Positions 17,911 through 27,329 of a stretch of DNA of 64,000 bases are shown in pieces; the stretch's first letter is position 1, and each line of letters opens with the position of its first letter. The stretch comes from an uncultured Thermococci archaeon (GTDB lineage: Archaea > CAYQAE01 > CAYVLA01), in contig CAZJVP010000076.1 in the NCBI GenBank assembly GCA_964549615.1, positions 1-64,000 on the forward strand, written 5' to 3'. Below the pieces are notes generated by a model that had not been told where the DNA came from, ran no database searches, and saw only the letters and a list, made by a program, of their open reading frames with translations. The position numbers and the translations under genes are program-made.

Positions 17911-20388
17911 GTGGAAAGGATATCCTTCTGGATATCTTCCGACAGGAAGAGAGGGAGCAAGTCATTCAAGGTCTGCACGTCGTGCGGGGCGAGGCTTTTC
18001 ACCACGGACCTTGAGTCCCTCGAGTTCTACGGCTGCCATCCATCGAGGGTTCTCTGCCTCTCCTGCAAGGAGGCCATGGACAGAAGCTCGGCATCTTGGC
18101 GCCCCGGATCGCTTGTGCATGCTCTCTCAGCCAGCTTAACGAGGGCAGATACCTCTAGGCCTAACTCCATCGGCGTCTCAACGCTCGCCTGGGTTCTCGT
18201 CGGTTGCCTGCTATGTGCATCCGTCGCCATCAGGTCGGTACAGTCCAGGGCTCAGGCACTGCCGTTCGAAGGGGTTCGTGACCTCGTCCTCGTCTATGTT
18301 CCCTATAACCCGAACGACGAGCAGGTCACGACGGACTGGTTGGCCCCTTACGTGTCATATCTTGACGAGGATGGGCGGAGCAAGGAATGGCTGTTCGACT
18401 CGTTCCTGTTCCTCAGCATCTTCTCGGAATCAAAGGCGTGCTTCTGGGGCTACTCGACGGCTTCGGACTGGCGCTGGTGGATCGACAAGATCTTCGCCGA
18501 GGGCGAACAGGTGGATGCGCTCAACAAGGAGGTGGAGAGGGTGAAGAGAATCCTCGGCAACCCGTCAAAGAGGGGCGTCATCATCTCCATACCGTACCCG
18601 GACCCAGCCGTGGATGACTTCGGACTGAGGTCCAAAGACGGCCGCACCTTGAGCTTCTCGCCTCACGGTGGCCATGGCGCCAGGGATAGGCTTCAGGCAT
18701 GTGTCTGGTTCGTGGACGAGGTTGCGGAGAGGTGGAGGTCGGGAGCACACCGGTACAACAACCTGGAGCTAATAGGTTTCTACTGGTTCCAGGAGGAATT
18801 ACTGGAAGGCGATGCCACTCTGGTGAACGAGCTTGGCGCCCACATCCGCTCGCAGGGTTTCAAGTTCTTCTGGATACCCTACAATTCGGAGTCCAACATC
18901 CAGGCTGTGAAGGACTACAGCGAGGGGGATCTTGGATTCGACTTCGTCTGGATACAGCCCAACTGCCACTCCTCCAGAGAGGGCATACAGGAGAGGTGGA
19001 ACGAGCAAAGGGACATACGTCGCGTCGCGGAACTGGCAGGTTCGCTGGGCGCATCCATCGAGATCGAGATGGATCGGCGCCTGTACCAGACGGGCGACCT
19101 GGAGTGCCTCAACTACTTCTACGACTACCTTGACCAGGGGCTGTCCCTCCAATACATCGACAAGGCCCTTGCTTACTATGTCTTTCCCACCGATCTCTAC
19201 CGCAGCCAGAACCCCATCGTCAGGCGTGCCTACGAGGCGCTGTGCGAGTTCGTCAAAGGGAGGTATAGGCCTGTGGGCTACTTCCTACATTGCGACGTCG
19301 GGGCAAACGATGGGTCGTCGAAGGTGTCATCAATCATCCTAGAGTCGACCTGGGGCTGGGGGAGCCCTGAGGTGGCAGATGGGTCGTCCTGCAGGTTGGC
19401 CCTGCCCGGGGCTGTCTTCGTTCTGGACCAGCTCGACCCCTCCAAGGATCTCGTACTGGCGGTCAGGTACCAAACCGCCCACGAAGGGCATGTGCAGGTC
19501 CGACTTGAGGACTCGTGGGAGACAGTTGGAGAGCTGGTGGCGGACGGCCTCTGGCACACGGGCCACTGGCCGGTGAGGCTCTCTGGCAGCGGCGTCAGAC
19601 ACATTGCGGTCAGTTTGACGAACATCACTAGAGTATCCGACATCTGGGCATATCCGGACGAAACCATCTTCCGCCTGCAATATGGCTCTGGACAAAGCTT
19701 TCCCGGTCTTTACTGCGACCATCCGAAGGAGGGCGACGAATGGAGACTCGGCCCCGGGAGAGAAGTCACGTTTGTACATATGGATTCGGCCTCGGTCTGG
19801 ATCATCGGCGCAACGTACAGGGCCTCAACGCCTGTAACCATGTCGGTGGCCTATCCAGATGTAACTCGGAGCATCGTTCTAGGACCATCCTCGAGTTGGA
19901 CGAGCAGCTTCTTCTGCACGGAGCGTTACGCACGGGACGGACCCATCCTGCTGAGATTCGAGGACGACGTGGAGGTCCAAGAGATCTGGGCCGCGCCCCG
20001 GCGGCTTCACACCGATGTCGGGACATCGTGGGATACCAGCCCACAGCGCCATGACCCAGGCGCTTGCGTCGGTGCGGGGTGGAGTGCCTCGCGAAGGACA
20101 TACTCCAGTCCCAGGGTGACCTACAGGAGCGGGGGCAACGGTTCCACGATCCATATCACGACCCCCGATGCGTCCGTTCCATGCCTTCTCAGTCTGTTGT
20201 ACCGCTCCGAGGACGAATTAAGCGTTCGAATCTCCGGCGCAGCGAACGCGAGCGTGAAAGAGTTGCCTGCCGCATCCGGTTGGGGTCTTCACACAATCTC
20301 CCTGCCGCCTTCGACGGGCCCCTTGACTCTTGAGTTCATGGGCCCCGTCGATCTAGCGTCAATGTGGGTGGAACTCGCCTGCCGGTAG
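17911..20388 (+). CDS. DUF4855-family (putative glycoside hydrolase) membrane protein
   Basis: PYVSY...WLFDSFLFL, IISIPYP, LIGFYWFQE, FFWIPY, QPN, IEIEMD motifs; N-terminal CxxC pair and TM; C-terminal beta-sandwich repeats. Confidence 0.7.
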   Translation: MERISFWISSDRKRGSKSFKVCTSCGARLFTTDLESLEFYGCHPSRVLCLSCKEAMDRSSASWRPGSLVHALSASLTRADTSRPNSIGVSTLAWVLVGCLLCASVAIRSVQSRAQALPFEGVRDLVLVYVPYNPNDEQVTTDWLAPYVSYLDEDGRSKEWLFDSFLFLSIFSESKACFWGYSTASDWRWWIDKIFAEGEQVDALNKEVERVKRILGNPSKRGVIISIPYPDPAVDDFGLRSKDGRTLSFSPHGGHGARDRLQACVWFVDEVAERWRSGAHRYNNLELIGFYWFQEELLEGDATLVNELGAHIRSQGFKFFWIPYNSESNIQAVKDYSEGDLGFDFVWIQPNCHSSREGIQERWNEQRDIRRVAELAGSLGASIEIEMDRRLYQTGDLECLNYFYDYLDQGLSLQYIDKALAYYVFPTDLYRSQNPIVRRAYEALCEFVKGRYRPVGYFLHCDVGANDGSSKVSSIILESTWGWGSPEVADGSSCRLALPGAVFVLDQLDPSKDLVLAVRYQTAHEGHVQVRLEDSWETVGELVADGLWHTGHWPVRLSGSGVRHIAVSLTNITRVSDIWAYPDETIFRLQYGSGQSFPGLYCDHPKEGDEWRLGPGREVTFVHMDSASVWIIGATYRASTPVTMSVAYPDVTRSIVLGPSSSWTSSFFCTERYARDGPILLRFEDDVEVQEIWAAPRRLHTDVGTSWDTSPQRHDPGACVGAGWSASRRTYSSPRVTYRSGGNGSTIHITTPDASVPCLLSLLYRSEDELSVRISGAANASVKELPAASGWGLHTISLPPSTGPLTLEFMGPVDLASMWVELACR

Positions 20389-20552
20389 GCTGCCAGCACC
20401 CACGCAATCCAGGGATGCCCGTGATCATCGGCTCAAGGCTTGGGTCGCGGCAATCGCCCCGGCGTGCATCAAGATCACGGATCGCCTAGGCATCCACTGT
20501 GCATCATCCTCCTTCTTGCGCGGGGGGCCTTCTGGGAGTAAGCACGAGCACT

Positions 20553-21593
20553 CTACCCGGCCTTCACATCCGAGAGGGCCCTGTAAATGTCGGTGAAGAT
20601 CTCCTTCAGTCCTATCCTGATATCCCAGCCCGGAAAGTGTGACCTTGCCTTGTTCACGTTCGATATCCACCAGATGTGGTCTGCCTCTCTCTGCGGGCCG
20701 TGCTCGTAGCGGATCTTCCTGCCGGTCACCTCTTCTATGAGGTCGAATGATTCAAGAAGGGATATTGAGTTGGCCCTTCCTCCGCCCACGTTGTAGACCT
20801 CTCCTGGCTGGGGCTTCTCAACGAAGCGGTAGAACAGCTCGGCAAGGTCCTTCGCGTGGATCACATCCCTGACCTGGTAACCCCCGTACCCGTAGACCGT
20901 TAGCTTCTCACCGGTCAGCGCCTTCTTGATGAAAAACGGTTCCCAGTTGTGCATCTCCACAGCCTTGGCAGCCCCGCCCGTGATGCACCCCATTCTGAAC
21001 ACCCCCGTTTTCAGCCCGTAGAGCCTGGCATACTCTTGGGTGTACAGGTCGGCACACGTCTTGGAGACCCCGAAGGGCGTGTGCATATTCTGATCGATCC
21101 TCAGCGATTCGTCAAAACCATCCTTCAGCGCCGGGTCCACCGGCTCGAACCTCTTGCCGACCTTCTGGTAGGAGAAGTAGTTCGGCATCTCGCCGTAGAC
21201 CTTGTTGGTCGAACAGTAGACGAAGACCGCATCCGGGTTTTCTTTCCTCAACGTTTCAAGGAGGAAGAGCGTGCCCCAGGCGTTCACCTGGAAGTCCTCC
21301 ACCGGAATCTCTATGGATCTTGGGTGCGAGGGCTGGGCCGCCGCATGGATGACCGCGTCCGCGTCCCCCAGGAGCGGCACCACCCGGTCGTCTCGAATGT
21401 CTATCTCGTGGTTTTCCACGCCGATTTCCGCGAGCGCCTTGGCGGTGGGGGCGGTGTCCCCCTCGCTCCCGAACAGCCTGCCGCGCATGAAGTTGTCCAC
21501 GCTGGTCACATTCCATCCCCTCGCCGCGAAGAGGCTGCAGCATTCCCATCCCACTAGGCCGGCGCCCCCCGTCACTACCACCTTGCGGCTCAT
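20553..21593 (-). CDS. NAD-dependent epimerase/dehydratase, CDP-paratose 2-epimerase (RfbE)-like
   Basis: VTGGAGLVG, HAAAQPSH, STNKVYG, PFGVSK, GYQVRD; start trimmed to MSRKVVV. Confidence 0.85.
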   Translation of the reverse strand: MSRKVVVTGGAGLVGWECCSLFAARGWNVTSVDNFMRGRLFGSEGDTAPTAKALAEIGVENHEIDIRDDRVVPLLGDADAVIHAAAQPSHPRSIEIPVEDFQVNAWGTLFLLETLRKENPDAVFVYCSTNKVYGEMPNYFSYQKVGKRFEPVDPALKDGFDESLRIDQNMHTPFGVSKTCADLYTQEYARLYGLKTGVFRMGCITGGAAKAVEMHNWEPFFIKKALTGEKLTVYGYGGYQVRDVIHAKDLAELFYRFVEKPQPGEVYNVGGGRANSISLLESFDLIEEVTGRKIRYEHGPQREADHIWWISNVNKARSHFPGWDIRIGLKEIFTDIYRALSDVKAG

Positions 21594-21768
21594 GTGCCCA
21601 GCTCGCCGACCCTCCTTCAAAAATCTATTTTCGGCGGATCGGCGCGATCTGTGCCAGTTCAAGAGGTGCGTCCGTGCCTAATGCCTCGCCCTGTCGCGGG
21701 TTCCCGGAATCATCGCCCTGGCGAGGTCGCCGGGCCTCGTGCCTGGTGCGAAATATTGAAATGCCGGA

Positions 21769-22626
21769 GTGGCAATTCCTAGCGCCGGTGGCTTGAGGGT
21801 TAAGGGAAGATGGCTATTGCTGGTTCTGGCGCTCGGGCTCGTCACGATAGGGCCGGCCAGCTCGCAGGCCAAGGCGCCGACCTACCGGTTGACGATACAG
21901 ATACACGATTCGCCCGACCCTGGCTCGTACTACCTCTTCTACTTCGCGAACATAGAGTTCGCGCGCTCGGACGAACCCGCGCTGAACCGATCCATACAGA
22001 TCATCATACCCAGGACCGAGCAGCCCGTCATGGCCGTCTCCGCGTACTCGCCGCAAAACTACTCGGCCCCTAAGATGGTACGACAAGAGACCGACCAAGG
22101 GATTAGGTTGACCCTGACTACCGACGCACCGTCGTGCGAGGTGCGGTACTACTTGACCCTGCAGGCGGAATACGGCGGCAGGGAAGGAGACTACCTCTTG
22201 CGGTTCGCGGCGCCAAGGCCGGAGAGCCCGGTCAGCGGCGTGACGGTGTCGATAAACTGGCCCAACTGGAACTACGACGTCAAGAGGATCCTGCCCAAAG
22301 GCGCGGAGCGCGTCGAGAACATCCTGTTCGAGACGGATCCATACAAGGTGGTCTCGTACTACTGGTACTTCCCCGGAAGCGACTTGGCAACCAGGTTCCC
22401 CGACCAGATCTCCGTGACTCTTCGGACCGCGGCAGCCATCTCGAGGATAAATCGCAATCAGAGCATCCTGATCTTCGCCCTCGTGGTGTGCGTGCCCCTC
22501 GCGATCTTCATCGCAGTCCATCCTCCGAAACGCGGGGGGCCGCCCGAAAAGGGTAAGCCGTTCAGGATCGAGGAGACGAAGGGCGAGGGCAGGGTCGTCA
22601 GGCGCGTGAGGTACAAGGTGAAGTGA
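21769..22626 (+). CDS. Hypothetical exported protein with C-terminal TM anchor
   Basis: Signal peptide WLLLVLALGLVTIGPASSQA; TM ILIFALVVCVPLAIFIAV followed by a basic tail. Confidence 0.7.
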   Translation: MAIPSAGGLRVKGRWLLLVLALGLVTIGPASSQAKAPTYRLTIQIHDSPDPGSYYLFYFANIEFARSDEPALNRSIQIIIPRTEQPVMAVSAYSPQNYSAPKMVRQETDQGIRLTLTTDAPSCEVRYYLTLQAEYGGREGDYLLRFAAPRPESPVSGVTVSINWPNWNYDVKRILPKGAERVENILFETDPYKVVSYYWYFPGSDLATRFPDQISVTLRTAAAISRINRNQSILIFALVVCVPLAIFIAVHPPKRGGPPEKGKPFRIEETKGEGRVVRRVRYKVK

Positions 22627-22637
22627 ACCGGATGGTG

Positions 22638-22746
22638 TGCGCCGGCCGGGATTTCCAGAGCTAGATCTTTTGAACCCGGGTCGCAAGCGCTCCGCCCAGC
22701 GCGCGGTTGGCAGGCTTGTGTCTTAACCAAGCTGGACTACCGGCGC
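22638..22746 (-). tRNA. tRNA-Gly(GCC) with two introns (37/38 and 59/60)
   Basis: Acceptor GCGCCGG/CCGGCGC, D-stem GTC/GAC, anticodon stem CAAGC/GCTTG with CT-GCC-A, T-stem CCGGG/CCCGG. The 18-nt (22690-22707) and 17-nt (22652-22668) insertions each form a bulge-helix-bulge. CCA is not encoded. Confidence 0.93.
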
Positions 22747-22774
22747 ACCCAGGCGTCCGGCATCCTGAGAAACC

Positions 22775-22790
22775 CTAATTAATCTTTTCG
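22775..22790 (-). promoter_or_regulatory. BRE/TATA-like promoter of tRNA-Gly
   Basis: CGAAAAGATTAATTAG on the minus strand ~30 nt upstream of the tRNA 5' end. Confidence 0.55.
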
Positions 22791-22792
22791 AA

Positions 22793-23458
22793 TTGATCGA
22801 GGCAGCCGTGCTGTTCCTGACGCTCGTTGACGCGGAGATCGAGCTCGTTCCGGAGGAAATCGCCACCCACGAGGTCATCGTCCGGCGCTCCAGAAGGCGC
22901 CGAATGGATCCCACCGAGATGCTCCTTGACTCCAACCTGGATCACCGCGCCATGGTTGGCCTGGAGGACGGCGCCAGGAGGGGCCGGCCGGACATAGCAC
23001 ATATCTGCCTCCTCAACGCCCTTGACTCCATTCCGTGCAGGGAAGGCAGGATGAGAGTCTACGTTCACACCAGGCACGACATAGTGATGGAGTTTGACCC
23101 CAGGACGCGAATACCCCGAAGCCAGAACAGGTTCTATGGCTTGCTTGAGAAGCTCCTTTCGCAGGGCAGGGGGACGGATCTGGTGAAAGTCTGGAAGATG
23201 TCTCTTCGCCAGTTGCAGGAGCAGCTTGACCCCGATCTCTCGCTGGGATTCAGCAGGAGGGGCGAACCCGCGGACCTTAGGTCGGTTCTCTCCCAGGGAC
23301 AAAAGGTGATGGCGATGGTGGGCGGATTTCCAAGCGGATATTTCCGAAGCCCTGTAGAGAAGATGGCTAGGATCGTGAGGTGCTACGACCAGCCCCTGGA
23401 TGCATGGACCGTGGTGAATCTAATCATATGCGCATACGGAGGCGTACCGGTGGGATAG
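22793..23458 (+). CDS. nep1: rRNA small subunit pseudouridine methyltransferase Nep1
   Basis: LLDSNLDH, RRGRPDIAHICLLNALDS, YVHT, RIPRSQNRFYGLLEKL, VGGFPSG. Confidence 0.93.
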   Translation: MIEAAVLFLTLVDAEIELVPEEIATHEVIVRRSRRRRMDPTEMLLDSNLDHRAMVGLEDGARRGRPDIAHICLLNALDSIPCREGRMRVYVHTRHDIVMEFDPRTRIPRSQNRFYGLLEKLLSQGRGTDLVKVWKMSLRQLQEQLDPDLSLGFSRRGEPADLRSVLSQGQKVMAMVGGFPSGYFRSPVEKMARIVRCYDQPLDAWTVVNLIICAYGGVPVG

Positions 23459-23461
23459 GCC

Positions 23462-23782
23462 TTGCGGCGGCCCCATGGCTCAAGATCGGCTCAGAGGAGG
23501 ATCGCGCGGGAGCGGATTGACAGGTTGCTCCACCTTGCCCAGGCGGAGATTTCGGCCAAACCGGAGAGATCGCTCCGATATGTCCGCCTGGCCAGGGCGA
23601 TAGCGATGAAGTGCCGGCTCAGGATGCCGCGGCGCTGGAGGAGGATGATCTGCAAGCGGTGCGAATGCCTTCTGATCCCGGGCAAGACCAGTCGGGTAAG
23701 GCTGAGGGGATCCCGGCTGAACGTGACTTGCGCAAGCTGTGGTAAGGTCCACCGTTACCCGTATAGAAGCCGCATCACCTAG
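23462..23782 (+). CDS. rnp4: Ribonuclease P protein component 4 (Rpp21)
   Basis: IARERIDRL, RYVRLARAIAMK, CKRC..LIPG...RVRL, TCASCG...RYP. Confidence 0.92.
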   Translation: MRRPHGSRSAQRRIARERIDRLLHLAQAEISAKPERSLRYVRLARAIAMKCRLRMPRRWRRMICKRCECLLIPGKTSRVRLRGSRLNVTCASCGKVHRYPYRSRIT

Positions 23783-23882
23783 CTCGCTGCCGCTGGGCGC
23801 GCCTCTTCCTTCGCATGCGCTTCTTCTTCCACTTCCATCGCATGCGTCCTTTCTTCTTCCATTTTCTCGGTCTTTTTCCCAT
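23775..23882 (-). CDS. rpl41e: Ribosomal protein eL41 (eS32), archaeal long form
   Basis: MGKRPRKWKKKGRMRWKWKKKRMRRKRR closely matches Thermococcales L41e; ATG 23882. Confidence 0.88.
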   Translation of the reverse strand: MGKRPRKWKKKGRMRWKWKKKRMRRKRRAQRQRAR

Positions 23883-24038
23883 GAGGCCACCAAGCGGTAA
23901 GCTCGTTAGACGGAGGCCACGAGGCCCGACGAGGCGGGATCCGTGACCGCGGCGCGGTCGCCCGACCGCATTCTTAAATAGCACCTTTCGCGCCGCTTGT
24001 AGAAAGACGTATCAGAGGCCTCCTGTCTGGAGAGCACC

Positions 24039-24476
24039 ATGGCTTCGGTTGAGGAACACGTGAACAGGCTGAGGGACGCAATCCGCATCATGGCGGAGAA
24101 CTGTCCCTGGCTGAACCAGCAGGAGACGAAGGGAGACTACACGAAATACGGCGACAAGGGCGCATTGTGCCGGCCGGAGGAGAAGATCTCCGCGGGGAGG
24201 GCCGCGGCGTCGGCCTACCAGACGGTAAGGCACCTGGAGTTCGACCACCTCAACCAATGCAGGGATGCCATAAAGGATCAACTTTCTAGGAGGAGGAACC
24301 TCCCGGAGGAAACGGGAGGGTTTCTTGCCAAGGACCTTTTCGAGAAGTGCGAGGCCATAACCAGTTGCATTGCGTGCTCCTGCGGAACGGCCGTCTCGGC
24401 ATACCACAACTTGGAGAACCTCGCGACGATCTTGGCCGGCGAGGGAGCCGGCCAGCAGCCCTCAGGCCAGGCATGA
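24039..24476 (+). CDS. Hypothetical protein
   Basis: ATG with GGAG upstream, typical codon usage; CIACSC segment; no family recognised. Confidence 0.65.
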   Translation: MASVEEHVNRLRDAIRIMAENCPWLNQQETKGDYTKYGDKGALCRPEEKISAGRAAASAYQTVRHLEFDHLNQCRDAIKDQLSRRRNLPEETGGFLAKDLFEKCEAITSCIACSCGTAVSAYHNLENLATILAGEGAGQQPSGQA

Positions 24477-24516
24477 ACTAGTCCCAGCGCGCGGCGCCTC
24501 AGCTAACAGCCATCTG

Positions 24517-26331
24517 CTAGACGATGTGCCCTGTGCTGGGAGCAAAAAGGTTTCTGCGCGAGGCGACCGCCAGACGAAATATCGAGATCAGTCCGAAAAT
24601 GTAGATGACGGCCGCCCTCGCTAGGTGGTCAAGGAGGGCCGAAGCCATTGCATCCGAGCCGGCGATGTTGAACAGGCCCAGAACTCCTCCTATGGTTGCC
24701 TCATGCACGCCTATGCCCCCTGGAGTGATGGGGATCGTCTGCACGACGAACGCCGAAGTGGCTGCTATGACGACTGGGAAGATCTGGACCGGCACGCCAA
24801 GAGCCCGTATCGAGAAGAACAGGCAAGCTATCTCGGCACCCCAAACCGGAAAGGACAGGCCGAACGAAAGGAGTAGTGCGGGCTTGTTGGCCCACATCGA
24901 TTTGAGGCCCCGACCCATCGAATCGATGATCCGAGCCATCCTCGTCAGCCCCGGCAGGCGCTGCAGGAAACCCGTGCCGAATGCCACGAGAGCCATCAGC
25001 AGTACAAGGAGGCCCGCCCCTGCAATGAGGAAGACCAGCCTGTCCCATTCGGCCCCGCCCAGCCAGAAGGAGGACAGACCGAGCAGAACCGCAAGCATGG
25101 CGACGTCCATGACGCGTTCCACCACGACCGTCGAGAGAGCGACCGAGGCTTCGACCCTACGGCTCGCCTTGCTGAGGGCCACGGGCCTCAGGAGGTCGCC
25201 CAGCCTGGCCGGGACGATGTAGTTGACAAGCCATCCGAAGAGGAGCGACGCAAACACCAAGTCCCTACCAGCCACCCTGCCCGCGCTTCTGAGAAGGACG
25301 CTCCAGCGCCAGGTCCGCACCAGAAACGAAAGGAAGATTGCCAAACATGCCACTATCCAGAGACCCAGCGACATCCTCGATAGCGCGGCGGACACCTGGG
25401 AGAAGTCTAGGAAATAGAACATGGCTATGAACATCAATGCGCCGATGAGAATGGATCCGAGCAACCTTAGCTTCGAGATCCTGACGGTCCCGCTCAGTAG
25501 CTCCCGAAGCGCCACCAGGTTGCCCCAGATGAACAGGGACAACAGTCGTCTTCCGTAGGATGGGGCGGATGAGCCGAGGCGGAGCTTGGACTCGCCCCTT
25601 TTTCTCGCTCGCCAGGTCACCGGGACCTCGATGCTCGAAAAGCCGGCTATGTGGGCCTTGAGGGGCAGCTCGACCGTGATCTCGAAGCCTTTCGACTCCA
25701 GCCTCTCGATCCCGATGGCATCCAGAACGTCCCTCCGATAACACTTGAACGCGTTGGTGATGTCCTTGTGAGGAAGCCCGAAGAGCAGGCCGACAAGCCT
25801 GTTGTAGGCCCGGTTGGCGATGAACTTGGCCGGCGGGTAGTCGAGCGCCCTCCCGCCCGGGATGAACCTTGAACCGTAGACCACCCCGTAACCCGTTTGG
25901 GCAGTGGATGCGAGCTTGAGAAGGTCGGCCGGGTCGTCCGAAAGGTCACCCATGAACGGGATGACGTACTGCCCCCTGGCGGCCTTCAGGCCATCCTTCA
26001 TGGCGCAGCCGAAACCCGCCCCCCCTTTTCGATGAACGCACCTTATGCCAGGATTCTCGGACGCGAGCTCGTCCACGAGCTCAGACGTCCCGTCAGTGCT
26101 GTTGTCATCGACCAACACGATCTCCCAAGAGTCCGCGAATTCGGATGATTGGAGCGATGGCACCAGGGCACCGACGAGCTCGCGAACGTTCCCCTTCTCG
26201 TTGTGCGCAGGCACCACCACTGAAAGCCTTGGGGTCGGCTGCAAGTCTCGTTCACCGCGGACTGGGAGGAGCAGAACGACCGGGGATATCAATATTTGGG
26301 GTGCCTGGCGGTCGGCTGGGTGATCGGCCAT
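24517..26331 (-). CDS. GT2 glycosyltransferase fused to LPG-synthase/flippase-like TM domain (AglD-like)
   Basis: SVVVPAHNE, VDDNSTDGT, GSRF, DITNAFKCYRR; C-terminal RTWRW, NYIVPARLGDLLR, ERVMD, TPGGIGVHE. Start may lie slightly downstream. Confidence 0.85.
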   Translation of the reverse strand: MADHPADRQAPQILISPVVLLLPVRGERDLQPTPRLSVVVPAHNEKGNVRELVGALVPSLQSSEFADSWEIVLVDDNSTDGTSELVDELASENPGIRCVHRKGGAGFGCAMKDGLKAARGQYVIPFMGDLSDDPADLLKLASTAQTGYGVVYGSRFIPGGRALDYPPAKFIANRAYNRLVGLLFGLPHKDITNAFKCYRRDVLDAIGIERLESKGFEITVELPLKAHIAGFSSIEVPVTWRARKRGESKLRLGSSAPSYGRRLLSLFIWGNLVALRELLSGTVRISKLRLLGSILIGALMFIAMFYFLDFSQVSAALSRMSLGLWIVACLAIFLSFLVRTWRWSVLLRSAGRVAGRDLVFASLLFGWLVNYIVPARLGDLLRPVALSKASRRVEASVALSTVVVERVMDVAMLAVLLGLSSFWLGGAEWDRLVFLIAGAGLLVLLMALVAFGTGFLQRLPGLTRMARIIDSMGRGLKSMWANKPALLLSFGLSFPVWGAEIACLFFSIRALGVPVQIFPVVIAATSAFVVQTIPITPGGIGVHEATIGGVLGLFNIAGSDAMASALLDHLARAAVIYIFGLISIFRLAVASRRNLFAPSTGHIV

Positions 26332-26530
26332 CGACAGGAACCGGCATCGCGATTTCGCTTGGAATCTTTGGCATCTCGGGCCCAGATCAAAGGCATATCC
26401 GTTGAACAGCCGATGTCTCTGTGGCGGACGGCATCCGCGCCGATGGGGATGCCCCTTTCAAATGGCCTTGGATGCCTGCCGCGATCCTATTTATATTGAA
26501 ACCCGATCCGCCCTCTCGAAAGGGACGGAC

Positions 26531-27325
26531 ATGCCCATAGAGGAACCCGAGATAACCAGGTCCATCCTCCAGTCATACCTCAGGGAGCTGTCGTGCAACC
26601 TCGAACTTGATGTGGCCGTTGGGGGTGCAGGTCCCTCTGGCATGGTCGCGGCGTACTATCTTGCCAAACGGGGATTCCGAACCGCGATCTTCGAGCGCAA
26701 GCTCAGCGTGGGAGGGGGGATGTGGGGCGGTGGGATGATGTTCAACCGGATCGTCGTCCAGGAGGAAGGAAAGCCCGTTCTCGATGAGTTCGGTGTCCGG
26801 GCCGAGCCTGCACCGGACGGGGCCAAGGGCCTCTACGTCGCCGATTCGGTCGAGGCGACGTCGGCTTTGTGCCTGGGCACATTGAGGGCGGGGGCGAAGA
26901 TCTTCAACCTCATCACGATAGAGGATGTGGCAATCCGCCGCGGGGCCATGGTGGGGCTTGTGGTAAACTGGAGCGCAGTCGAGATGGCGAAGCTCCACGT
27001 TGATCCAATGGTCGTCATGGCGAAGAAGACCATCGATGCAACGGGCCACGACTCGGAGCTGTGCAGGATGGTGGAGCGCAAGGTCGGCCCAAAGCTGAGA
27101 ACGCCCACGGGGAAGGTGATGGGAGAGGGTCCGATGTGGGCCGAGAAGGGCGAGAAGGAACTTGTGAGGAACTCAAGGGAGGTCTATCCCAATCTCTTCG
27201 TGGCTGGCATGGCGGCAAACGCCGTCTTCGGGGGTCCAAGGATGGGGCCCATCTTCGGCGGGATGCTTCTCTCCGGCAAAGCTTGTGCGGAAAGGGTCGC
27301 GGCTGCTCTCGGACGCGCACGATAG
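26531..27325 (+). CDS. thi4: Thiazole synthase Thi4 (His-type, sulfide-dependent)
   Basis: GAGPSG, GGGMWGGG, LHVDP, DATGH, GGPRMGPIFGGMLLSG; start trimmed to ATG 26531. Confidence 0.94.
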   Translation: MPIEEPEITRSILQSYLRELSCNLELDVAVGGAGPSGMVAAYYLAKRGFRTAIFERKLSVGGGMWGGGMMFNRIVVQEEGKPVLDEFGVRAEPAPDGAKGLYVADSVEATSALCLGTLRAGAKIFNLITIEDVAIRRGAMVGLVVNWSAVEMAKLHVDPMVVMAKKTIDATGHDSELCRMVERKVGPKLRTPTGKVMGEGPMWAEKGEKELVRNSREVYPNLFVAGMAANAVFGGPRMGPIFGGMLLSGKACAERVAAALGRAR

Positions 27326-27329
27326 ACGG

